In this document: positions 1 to 10,709 of the stretch, one piece after another
How positions within the stretch are numbered: the first letter of the stretch is position 1
How the letters are laid out: the number at the start of each line of letters is the position of its first letter
DNA from: Octopus vulgaris
Lineage: Eukaryota
NCBI GenBank assembly: GCA_951406725.2
Contig: OX597816.1
Span: forward strand, 166,904,001-166,968,000
DNA length: 64,000 nucleotides
Reading direction: 5' to 3'
The notes under the pieces: generated by a model
What the model saw: only the letters and a program-made list of their open reading frames with translations
What the model was told of the DNA's origin: nothing
Databases searched by the model: none
Program-made: the position numbers and the translations under genes

Positions 1-177
1 TACGTGATATACAAATATATATACGTATGAATATTACACATACGTGCATACGCATCACACTTCGCTCGAAGCCATTGTAAAAGTTTAATAAATATGTTGA
101 CTACTAAAAAATATTGAGTAATACTTCAATTTAACATCAAATTGTTTCCGTTATAACGAGAAAAGTTTTGATATACG

Positions 178-269
178 AGTGTGTGTGTGTGTGCGTGTGT
201 GAGTGTGTTTGTGTGTGTGTGTGTGCGTGTGTGAGTGTGTTTGTGTGTGTGTGTGTGTCTGTGTGTGTA

Positions 270-326
<57 letters not shown>

Positions 327-432
327 ATACATATATATATACATATATATATATGATCCTATATGGATGGATGGATGGATGGATGGACGGACGGACGGAC
401 GGACGGACGGACGGACGGATGGACAGATGGAC

Positions 433-466
<34 letters not shown>

Positions 467-471
467 ATGGA
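178..471. repeat. compound microsatellite (GT)n, (AT)n, (GGAT/GGAC)n
   Basis: Directly visible simple repeats; they explain the overlapping low-complexity ORFs. Confidence 0.95.
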
Positions 472-725
472 TTGATGTAGGTAGGTATGTACACACTCAT
501 ATACATTTTGTGGATCTTTTAGTCATTGAACTGCGGTACTTATTATATCGGTCTTTTTGCCGAACCACTAAGTTGCAGGGACGTAAACAACCCATCACCG
601 CTTTTCGAGTAGGGGAGGGTCACAGAGGTGGTAGATAAGAACCTACATGCAGGACCGCCTTAGCAGCATTATTGACCTCCGAGCAATTCAATGTCTCTTC
701 TATTTATCATGACATATTCATAAGT

Positions 726-808
726 AGCACGATGGCCGAGTGGTTAAGGCGTTGGACTTAAGTTCCAATGGACGAATGTCCGCGTGGGTTCGAACCCCAC
801 TCGTGCTA
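726..808 (+). tRNA. trnL-TAA: tRNA-Leu (anticodon TAA), eukaryotic, long variable arm
   Basis: Acceptor stem AGCACGA(726-732)/TCGTGCT(801-807), discriminator A808; D arm TGGCCGAGTGGTTAAGGC; anticodon stem TTGGA/TCCAA with loop CTTAAGT (TAA 759-761); variable arm GGAC-GAAT-GTCC; T arm GTGGG-TTCGAAC-CCCAC; no encoded CCA. Confidence 0.96.
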
Positions 809-816
809 AAAGGTTC

Positions 817-826
817 TTTTTTTTTT
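817..826 (+). terminator. Pol III oligo(dT) terminator of the tRNA-Leu gene
   Basis: T10 run beginning 9 nt after the discriminator base. Confidence 0.85.
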
Positions 827-907
827 CTACTGTATTTTTAAATTAAATACCGCAAGGATCTTATTGAACTAGCTCTCTATAATTTCAACTTAAATGGGCA
901 CATATTT

Positions 908-1296
908 GGTGGAAGCACTCCGTCGGTTACGACGACGAGGGTTCCGGTTGATCCGATCAACGGAACAACCTGCTCGTGAAATTAACGTGTAAGTGGCTGA
1001 GCACTCCACAGACACGTGTACCCTTAACGTAGTTCTCGGGGATATTCAGCGAGACACAGAGAGTGACAAGGCCGGCCCCTTGAAATACAGGTACAACAGA
1101 AACAGGAAGTAAGAGTGAGAGAAAGTTGTGGTGAAAGAGTACAGCAGGGATCACCACCATCCCCTGCCGGAGCCTCGTGGAGCTCTAGGTGTTTTCGCTC
1201 AATAAACACTCACAACGCCCGGTCTGGGAATCGAAACCGCGATCCTACGACCGCGAGTCCGCTGCCCTAACCACTGGGCCATTGCGCCTCCACAAA
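908..1296 (-). mobile_element. tRNA-derived SINE, family A, full length
   Basis: Minus-strand head GGAGGCGCAATGGCCCAGTGGTTAGG...GGTTTCGATTCCC (A/B boxes); 11-bp TSD GGCACATATTT at 897-907 and 1297-1307; near-identical copy at 10189-10617. Confidence 0.9.
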
Positions 1297-1520
1297 GGCA
1301 CATATTTATAGAGGCAACGAACCAACGGGAAAATCCTGTACGTGGTTGCTCACGTTCCTAGAAATAACAGCTAAATATCAAATTCTGGAGCACTGGCTTG
1401 AAGTGCTTAGTTGGACAAATCAACTTCAATACTTTTTTTAAATCTGGTACTTATCCCATCGATCTTTTGTGTTGAACCGCTAAGACCCATTAATTTATTG
1501 ACAGCCTACAGCATCATACG

Positions 1521-1701
1521 TAGATTAGTGTTGGGCTCCTAGATCAGAGTTGGGCCCCTAGATCAGTGTTGGGCCTCTAGATCAGAGGTGGGCCCCTAGA
1601 TCAGTGTTGGGCCCCTAGATCAGAGGTGGGCCCCTAGATCAGTGTTAGACCCCTAGATCAGTGTTGGGCTCCTAGATCAGAGTTGGGCCCCTAGATCAGT
1701 G
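1521..1701. repeat. 19-bp minisatellite TAGATCAG(T/A)G(T/G)TGGGCCCC, ~9.5 units
   Basis: Units begin at 1521, 1540, 1559, 1578, 1597, 1616, 1635, 1654, 1673 and 1692. Confidence 0.95.
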
Positions 1702-2306
1702 AGACTACCGGCCAAATCAGTGCACTGGATTCTATAGTATTTACTAATTGACAGGAAACCGCAACATACATAGATCAAAAATGAGCCCTTATACCAATGA
1801 AGCCCCCGGACACATCAATAATCCGGGCCCTGTAGTATTTATTTACTGACAGCAAACCACAGCATCCCTCGTTGGCTCATCCATATACACATACTTAACA
1901 CAGGCGGGTGCTATTTGAGGGTGGTGTGGTCGTTACTTCTAAATGAATAGTTAAGTCCCTGCTTTATCTCAAGTATAGCATCGAAAGTGCAAGTCATTGA
2001 GCAAAGCTGTAATCGAAGACGTTCCACTTGTGACCATCCTGTCTTTGTGGGCAAGTAAATGCAGTGGTTCTTTCTGAAATTGAACCCATCTCCTAGACTT
2101 AACCCACATAACTACCATGTTATCATTTCCTCCAGGAAGATGTTGGGACAAAGTCATCAACGTTGAAATTAGGTCTCAGGTCAGTTGTCATCGAGGTTCC
2201 AGTCTTGACCATCCCGTCTTTGATGAAAACATTTTCCAACATTATTTAACGTACCGTTTCTTTCTTATAGGATGTCGTTCAAAATACCGTTTCGGTCATC
2301 AACACC

Positions 2307-2540
2307 TATTTCTTTATTACCCACAAGGGGCTAAACACAGAGGGGACAAACAAGGACAGACATAGGTATTAAGTCGATTACATCGACCCCAGTGCGTAAC
2401 TAGTACTTAATTTATCGATCCCGAAAGGATGAAAGGCAAAGTCGACCTCGGCGGAATTTGAACTCACAACGTAACGCAGACGAAATACCGCTAAGCATTT
2501 CGCCCGGCGTGCTAACGTGTCTGTCAGCTCGCCGCCTTTA
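2307..2540 (-). mobile_element. tRNA-derived SINE, family B (Meta/MESC-like core), full length
   Basis: Head GGCGGCGAGCTG..., B box GAGTTCAAATTCC, core GCCTTTCATCCTTTCGGG(G/A)TCGATAAATTAAGTAC; 13-bp TSD GGTCATCAACACC at 2294-2306 and 2541-2553. The core name is from recalled similarity. Confidence 0.88.
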
Positions 2541-3302
2541 GGTCATCAACACCATCTACACCCACCCAAAGTTCTTCGATGAATGTCAACAACCTGAAAT
2601 CGTTACAACATATAAAAGCTTTTAAGACATTATTATTAGGTATCATATTACTTAATAAAATAACACAAAACATACCAAGGAATGTCTGTGGAATTGGTGT
2701 CAAAAAACAACCCCGCCGCCACCACCTTCAGTCGAATATGACTTGGTTGCAAGCACCATGTTTTGGTCAATAGTTTTAGGTACCCATGTAGTCGCGAGTA
2801 GATATAGAAACCATTTCGGTCCCTTCACCCTTCATCTAGTGGAACGCTGGAGAGGACCGTTAGCGATTCACCCGAACTGGGCGGCGAGTTGCTCTGAACT
2901 ATTCGTTCGCGATGTTTCGCTAGATCAGTAGTCATCGACCGGTTTTTGCCTATAGACCTCTTTGATCCATATGTTATTATACTAGACCCCAACCCCCTAG
3001 CCACTCGAGGTTTAAAAAAAACTCATGTTTTTAAAATTAAATATTATTAGGAATTATATTTTTTAAATTGTTAAATTGTGCATTGTGTACACGTATAACC
3101 AATTTGTTGCACATAAGGTTTAACAGAAAAACCACTGCGCAAGATCAACAGTAAGACAGCTGAGAGGTTGTCTGTGCCTGCCCCTAACTATATAGGTCCC
3201 TAGAACAATTAGCGACGGCATGGTATTGCTACCGTGTCATATTCGCTGGAGAGTAACGGCTATGTGGATAGTGTAACGGCTACGTGACAGAGGTGAGCGT
3301 AA

Positions 3303-3885
3303 AGGCAGTGAGCTGGCAGAAACGTTAGCACTCCGGGCGACGTGCTGAGCGGTATTTCGTCTGCCGTTACGTTCTGAGTTCAAATTCCGCCGAAGTCGAC
3401 TTTGCCTTTCATCCTTTCGGGGACGATTAAATAAATACCAGTTACGCACTGGGGGTCGATATAATCGACTTAATCTGTTTGTCTGTCCTTGTTTGACCTC
3501 TCTGTGCTTACCCCCCTGTGGGTAGTAAAGAAATGGGTATTTCGTTTGTCTTTAGGTTCTGAGTTCAAATTCCGCCAAGGTCGACTTTGCCTTTCATCCT
3601 TTCGGGGTCGATTAAATAAGTACCAGTTACGCACTGGGGTCGATATAATCGACTTAATCCGTTTGTCTGTCCTTTTTTATCCTCTCTGTGTTTAGCTCCT
3701 TGTGGATAGTAAAGAAATAGGTATTCTGTCTCTCTTTACGTTCTGAATTCAAATTCCGCCGAGATCGACTTTGCCTTTCATCCTTTCGAGGTCGATAAAT
3801 TAAGTACCAGTTGCCTACTGGGGTTGATCTCATCGACTGGCCCCTTCCCAAAAAATTTTGTGCTTTGTACCTAGCCTAGAAAAGA
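3303..3885 (+). mobile_element. SINE family B, head-to-tail array of three units
   Basis: One complete head, then units restarting at GGTATT after AAAGAAAT(A/G) at ~3537 and ~3720. Confidence 0.88.
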
Positions 3886-3924
3886 GGTGAGCATGTAGAA
3901 ACGACGACATCCTATAACAAATAT

Positions 3925-4138
3925 CGGTCTCAAATTTTGGCACTCAAGGCCAACAACATCGGGTTAGGAGTGAGTCGATTATATCGACCCCAGTGGTTCA
4001 CTGGTACTTATTTTATCAATCCTACAAGGGATGAAAGGAAAATCAACCTCGGGGTAATTTGAACTCAGAACGTAAAGGCGGACGAAATGCTACTAAGCAT
4101 TTCGTCCGGCGTGCTAATGTTTCTGCCAGCTTCGCCTC
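3925..4138 (-). mobile_element. SINE family B, diverged copy
   Basis: Same core and B box as 2307-2540. Confidence 0.8.
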
Positions 4139-4537
4139 CCTGATACTCAAAAGACATTGTTGTCCAGGATGTGCGCAAAAACAGTATGGTCAAAACTGGG
4201 ATCTCGATGACAACTCATCCTGAATGTGCACACACTGGGACTCTGTGTGTGTGTGTGTGTGTGTGTGTGCATTGTGAAATGAAATGCCTCGCTCAAGACG
4301 TAACGCTCCACCCTACCCAGTAGTCGAACCCCGTGACTTCAGGATAATGAACCCGGTACCTCTAACCACTGGGCCTCGCTCCTTCGCTAACGATGGAGTC
4401 AAAAGGTAGAGAGCATACATAGAAATGTCTGAGGAAATAATGTCAAAAATGAGGACGGCTGTGCAGGGTTTCTATTAAATCAGGTGAGTGCCACATAACC
4501 AACTGATTCGTTATAGCAACACCACCAACCCCGCCGA

Positions 4538-5065
<528 letters not shown>

Positions 5066-5501
5066 AAGGTCATCACCATAATCATCATCAACATAATCAC
5101 GGAGCACACAACACATGCTGAAATCTAATCCGCATTTCTTCCCCCCCCCCCATCCTTCTCGTTTCCTGTATTTCTCGTATCCCTTCGCTCACTTCTCTCT
5201 CTAACTCTCTAACTCTCTCTCTCTCTCTCTCTCTTTCCCTCTCTCTCACACTCTCCCTTTCTCTCTCTCTCCCTCTCTCTCTCTTCCTCTCACTCTCTCG
5301 CTCCTCTCTCTTTCTCTCTCGCTCCTCTCTCTCTCTCACATAACTAATAAAATTCACATTTCAATAGTTATTCCTTATTAATATCTTTACACTGAAGCTG
5401 TTCTGAATTCTTTTGCACCAAATTCCGATTTGTTCTGATTTTGGCGCAAAACTATTCAGAACGCTGGCAGACTTCAACGTGACGAGTTTGAATTTTCTCA
5501 C

Positions 5502-5582
5502 TTGGTAAATCTTGCTGATGAGAGTTTAGGATTTTTCGCCAGAACTCGAAATCGTGACACAAGAGTGTCATCCAAGTGCCAG
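5502..5582 (+). ncRNA. type I hammerhead ribozyme
   Basis: CTGATGA 5515-5521; stem II GAGTTT/GAACTC; GAAA 5548-5551; stem III T-(CGT bulge)-GACAC-AAGA-GTGTC-A; triplet ATC with predicted cut after 5572; stem I CTTG/CAAG extended by TTGGTA/TGCCAG across an AAT bulge. Confidence 0.75.
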
Positions 5583-5737
5583 AACCTATAGCTGTAATGG
5601 TGTGTCTAAATTCTTCACCCGTTTGCCCGAATACTGTTGTTTTCTGATGTGTTTTTCAGTGCTATTCGTGGGTTTTAACTCCTATTTCTAGCAGGTAAGT
5701 ACCTCGTGTGCCCTTTTGATATATATATATATATATC

Positions 5738-6059
5738 GGGAGAATTCACATGAAAAAACAAAAGACAAAGACAGGTGGTGTAGACAACAACGCTCTGGAA
5801 ATGAAAAGGTCTTTAACGTTTCGAGCCTACGCTCTTCCACAGAAAGAAACAAGGATAAAAAATAAAGAATGTGTAGCGATCGCTAGCCACTACACATTCT
5901 TTATTTTCTCTCCTTGTTTGTTCCTTTCTGTGGAAGAGCGTAGGCTCGAAGCGTTAAAAACATTTTCACTTCCCGAACGTTATATTAATACATCTGTTTG
6001 TTGTCTACACCACCTGTCTTTGTCTTTTGTTTGTTTTTTTGTTTTTTGTGAATTCTCCC
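5738..6059. mobile_element. palindromic (foldback) element in (TA)n, probably Penelope-like derived
   Basis: Arms GGGAGAATTCACA...AAGACAGGTGGTGTAGACAACAA...GAGCCTACGCTCTTCCACAGAAAG...AAAGAATGTGTAG match their reverse complements on the right; ~13-nt loop near 5877-5889. Confidence 0.8.
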
Positions 6060-6210
6060 TATATATTACACGCTCACGTGGTTGCACCAGTTGATCCTGT
6101 ATCCTCTCATCACCCACGAACTTCTACAGATTCTCTACTGGACTTTCTACACTTCAGCTGCACCTCTCCTGCCTATGGATTTCACTGGACTCCTCTGTTG
6201 ATGAAAAATC

Positions 6211-6277
<67 letters not shown>

Positions 6278-6299
6278 GTGTGTGCGTGCGTATGTAAGT

Positions 6300-6598
6300 G
6301 GAGGCGCAATGGCCCAGTGGTTAGGGCAGCGGACTCGCGGTCGTAGGATCGTGGTTTCGATTCCCAGACCGGGTGTTGTGAGTGTCTATTGAGCGAAAAC
6401 ACCTAAAGCTCCACGAGGCGTCGGCAGGGAGTGGTGGCAATCCCTGCTGTACTCTTTCGCTGCAACTTTCTCTCACTCTTTCTTCTGTTGGCCTGCTTGC
6501 TCAGCCAGCGGGGTGGCGTCATTTGAAGGCTAAAACACGTTGTGACCAGCGATGTGTAACAACATCTGATAGTCTGGCCGGTCACGTGATCACGTGAT
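6300..6598 (+). mobile_element. SINE family A head and core with an alternative 3' tail
   Basis: Head nearly identical to 908-1296; sequence diverges after CTTTCTCTCACTCTT. Confidence 0.85.
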
Positions 6599-7261
6599 AT
6601 GTATGTATGTATGTAAATAAGATCTAGGCGATCACCTCATGCCAGAACCTGGTTAGCAAAATGCTCGAATAGCAGTGAAAAAACTACGCCTTTTAATCAA
6701 CCAAAGAATGGTTGGGTATACTTCAGCTAGGAGCACTCCACAAATCTAAAGTATGCATATCAAATAGGTATGTTATAATCTTTACAGACTAGATAGGAAC
6801 AATTTTCATATAGGTATAAAGAAGTCAAATTAAAGTTACATACATTTCCATGAACAACTACCATTTATTTCATATTATACATTAATGTCATGCAATATTA
6901 TATAATAAATTTAGAGCCAGTTCTCTTCTTCAAACATTTAATTCGATTCACAATCAACTTATAGATTGTAAATCAAATAACGTGAGTTAATTGTAGCACT
7001 AATAACCTGATCGTCATAGCATTACCAGCTCTCACATTATATCGTTATTTCATTTAGCAAAAGAAACTTCTCTGCACATTAAATTTGGGGCACGATCTAG
7101 AAATTTCTTGCTAGCCGTTTGTTGTAGGTTTTTAGCATAATACAATTTAATGGTTGCTGTTGTTATCGTTGTTGTTGGTTCTGGTTGAGATGGTAGTAGT
7201 GTCATTGTTGTCGTCGTCGTCGTCGTCGTTGTTGTTGTTGCAGTTGTTGTTGATGTTAATA

Positions 7262-7766
7262 ACCCTTTCTATTTTAGGCACAAGGCCTGGAATTTGGAGA
7301 AGGGGGATAGTCGATTATATCTACCCCAGTACTCAACTGGCACTTAATTTATCGACCCCGAAAGAATGGGGCTAAACACAGAGGGGACAAACAAGGACAG
7401 ACAATCGGATTAAGTCGATTATATCGATTCCCAGTGCGTAACTGGTACTTAATTTATCGACCCCGAAAGGATGAAAGGCAAAGTTGACCTTGACAGAATT
7501 TGAACTCAGAACGTAGCGGCAGACGAAATACCTATTTCTGTACTTCCCACAAGGGGCTAAACATAGAGAGGACAAACAAGGACAGACAAACGGATTAAGT
7601 CGATTATATCGACTCCAGTGCGTAACTGGTACTTATTTATTCGACCCCGAAAGGATGAAAGGCAAAGTATTTGAACTCGGCGGTATTTGAACTCAGAACG
7701 TAACGGCAGACGAAATACCGCTAAGCATTTCGCCCGGCACGCTAACAATTCTGCCAGCTCGCCACT

Positions 7767-7802
<36 letters not shown>

Positions 7803-8013
7803 GTTTCAAATTTTGCCACAAGGACAGTAGTTTTGGAGAGGGGGATGAGTCGATTATATCGACCCCAGTGTTTCACTGGTACTTATTTTATCGACCCCGA
7901 AAGTATGAAAGGTAAAGTCGACCTCGGCGGAATTTGAACTCAGAACGTTGCGACGAGCGGAATACCACTAAGTATTTTACCCGGCTTGCTAACGATTCTA
8001 CCAGTTCACCGCC
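7262..8013 (-). mobile_element. cluster of SINE family B copies, including a tandem dimer at ~7370-7766
   Basis: Repeated GTCGATTATATCGACCCCAGTG...CCCCGAAAGGATGAAAGGCAAAG motifs. Confidence 0.85.
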
Positions 8014-8037
8014 TGGTTGTTGATGCTAATAATGATT

Positions 8038-8245
8038 TTACAGCAGCCAGTGGTCGCTCTCTGAAAAGTTTGTGGTCGAACCTGTGACAGTGGAGACTTC
8101 CGGCGTTCCTGACCTCCGGACAACATCCTTGCTCACTGCTCTAGAAACAGAGATGGCTATCTGCAAGTGGTTGTTACCGTGCGTCTCCCTCGCCATCCTC
8201 CGAGACAACCCTTTTGTCCCATTTTGTCCGTCGATACCATGAGGC
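8038..8245 (+). mobile_element. decayed 3' end of a CRE-like non-LTR retrotransposon (C-terminus of restriction-like endonuclease)
   Basis: Plus-strand translation SLSEKFVVEPVTVETSGV...WLLPCVSLAILRDN resembles the CRE-clade FxPxAVETxG...RISxAIxRGN terminus. Confidence 0.6.
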
Positions 8246-8389
8246 GGGCTGACAAGTCTCATTAAGGTCGCTCAGCCCTTATATAAAACTATTCTATAAG
8301 CACCAGACAATGCAAAGACATAAATTGCTGCTGTTGCCGTTGAGTTGTTTTTGTTTCTGTTGTTGGTGGTGGTGGTGGTGGTGGGTGGG

Positions 8390-8633
8390 TTAAGCAACCA
8401 GACAGGTAAGGGTGATTAGGTGATGGTCTAGGACTTAGGGGCGAGAGACCCCAGACCTTAGAAAAAAAACTTTGGTCGTCTTGTTCTAGTCGAGGGCTCT
8501 TCGTTGACACCCGACACGACTGGAAATGGCTCAGTGGTTAGGGCATCAGACACGCGGTCGTAAGAACGCGGTTTCGATTCCCAGACCGAGTATTGTGCAA
8601 ATGGAGATCTCCAGGTCCAAATTGTTGAACGGC
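8390..8633 (-). mobile_element. interspersed repeat, probable LINE 3' end; second copy at ~48440-48640
   Basis: GGTAAGGGTGATTAGGTGATGGTCTAGG...CTTTGGTCGTCTTGTT...ATGGAGATCTCCA is shared by both loci; both abut trinucleotide tracts. Confidence 0.7.
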
Positions 8634-8682
8634 TGTTGTTGGTGGTGCCGATGGTGGTGGGGATGATAGCAGCTGTGGTCTC

Positions 8683-8720
<38 letters not shown>

Positions 8721-8761
8721 CTTCTTCTTCTTCTTCTTCTTCTTCTTCTTCTTCTTCTTCT

Positions 8762-8793
<32 letters not shown>

Positions 8794-9266
8794 CAATCAG
8801 GACTCACGCCATTAGCCGCAAAGAATAATCTCTAATTCGAGCCTACTCTAAGCTACTAAGAATGCGTGTGGCAACTTGAAGATCCACCCACCACACGCGA
8901 TAGACCGGCGGTTGCATGGGCGCGAAAGCTACGTTGTTATCCTCATTCCGTAAACGGTGGCTTTTAATGGGTGGAGAGCTGAACCATCCTGGGATACAGA
9001 GGATTCACAATGTAGACTAGGGTCTGAAAGTTTACCACACCATAGTGAGTTGCACCATGGTTCCTCTGCTTTATGGCAGAAGTAGGAAGAAAGATTGAGA
9101 GAAAGTTGTAGTGAAAGAGTACAGCGGGGTTCACCACCCACCCCCGCCGGAGCCTCGTGGAGTTTAAGTGCTTTTGCTCAATAAACACAATGCCCGGTTT
9201 GGGAATCGAAACCGCGTTTTACAACCGCGAGTCCGCTACCCTAACCACTGGGCCATCGCGCCTCCG
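8794..9266 (-). mobile_element. SINE family A head with a third tail type ending in (AAG)n
   Basis: Family A head at ~9120-9266; distinct tail; (CTT)n/(GTT)n tract at 8682-8793. Confidence 0.75.
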
Positions 9267-10188
9267 CAGCTGTGGTTTGGTCGTCTTGTCATCGTTATCG
9301 TTGTTGTAGTTGTTGTTGTTGTTGTTGTTGTTGTTGCTGTTGCTGTTGTTGTTGTTGTTGTTGTTGTTGTTGTGGTGGTGGTGGTGGTGGTGGTGGTGGT
9401 GGTGGTGGTGGTGGTGGTGGTGGAGGAGATGTTGTCAGCATCGGTGTTGTATTAACTCCAGGTTTCGATCAGAAACATTCCAACCGTGACAATCTAGCAT
9501 TGTTCCTTGTCAGAGTGCGCCCAAAGCCGCATAATCCAATGCGTTCTTTCTTTTCTAAGACAGCAAAATACAGCTCGAATGAGATTTAACTGCTATTCGT
9601 AGGTGGTCCAACAACTACAAGACAATCACCTTCAAGGTTCCCATGGCTTTGTTTTCTGGCTGTGAAAGTCGTCTGACTTCGAGAAAATAAGAAAGAATCG
9701 TTGGTTGTTTTTTTGTATTTTTTTCCGTCAACGATGTCATAATTTATTCTCCAAATGAATAGAATTGTTTAATTTCATAAACAACCTTTATTAATTGTTC
9801 AGAGATCACCCACATCGAATTTTCTCATCATAATAGGATTGTACAAGCTAAAGCAAGCCAAACTGGATTTGATCATCACAAATTATTCTGGTTTTTGTCA
9901 ACGTATGTGTAAGTGCAACGTGAGGTCTCAACAAATGACAATACTCAAGGAAACGGAAAATTTTGTAGATATTTTACTCTCAGCCACGTACATATATTTA
10001 AGTTTTGTTTTTGTTTGTTTCTTTTTCGCTGGGTTGTTGTTGTTTTTTTTTGTATACCTTGTATTTTTTATATATAAAAAAAAATTCCCGCTGGCCACTA
10101 GCCAAATGACAAGAGTCTTTTGTTTCAGTCAAGACATATTTCTGACGTTTCGGATCGTCTGAATTGCTTACCACGTGCAATGCTCATG

Positions 10189-10617
10189 GGCGGCGCAATG
10201 GCCCAGTGGAGGGCAGCGGACTCGCGGTCATAGGATCGCGGTTTCGATTCCCAGGATTTAATATAATCGTTTACGGTTGGCTTTCAGTTACATAATGCTA
10301 ACGGGCGTTGTGAGTGTTTATTGAGCGAAAACACCTAAAGCTCCACGAGGCTCCGGCAGGAGATGGTGGTGATCCCTGCTGTACTCTTTCACCACAACTT
10401 TCTCTCACTCTTACTTCCTGTTTCTGTTGTACCTGTATTTCAAGGGGCCGGCTTTGTCACTCTCTGTGTCACGCTGAATATCCCCGAGAACTACGTTAAG
10501 GGTGCACGTGTCTGTGGAGTGCTCAGCCACTTACACGTTAATTTCACGAGCAGGCTGTTCCGTTGATTCGGATCAACCGGGACCCTCATCGTCGTAACCG
10601 ACGGAGTGCTTCCATTT
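10189..10617 (+). mobile_element. SINE family A, full length, with a ~47-bp internal insertion
   Basis: Matches 908-1296; TSD ATGCTCATG at 10180-10188 and 10618-10626; extra sequence at 10255-10302. Confidence 0.9.
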
Positions 10618-10709
10618 ATGCTCATGATTAACTTGTATTTTTATGGTGGATATACGTTTTGCTTATGCGTATATCTTATGCGTGTGTGTTCATGCATTTC
10701 ATATACATA

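Noticed and set aside
957-1209. Recurrent short ORFs such as MVVIPAVLFHHNF and MFIERKHL
   Set aside because: Chance frames inside SINE family A copies.
1521-1701. Short repeat array as CRISPR or iterons
   Set aside because: No unique spacers; an ordinary minisatellite.
6300-6375. tRNA-like sequence with A and B boxes
   Set aside because: No proper acceptor stem and continues into the SINE body; a SINE head, not a tRNA gene.
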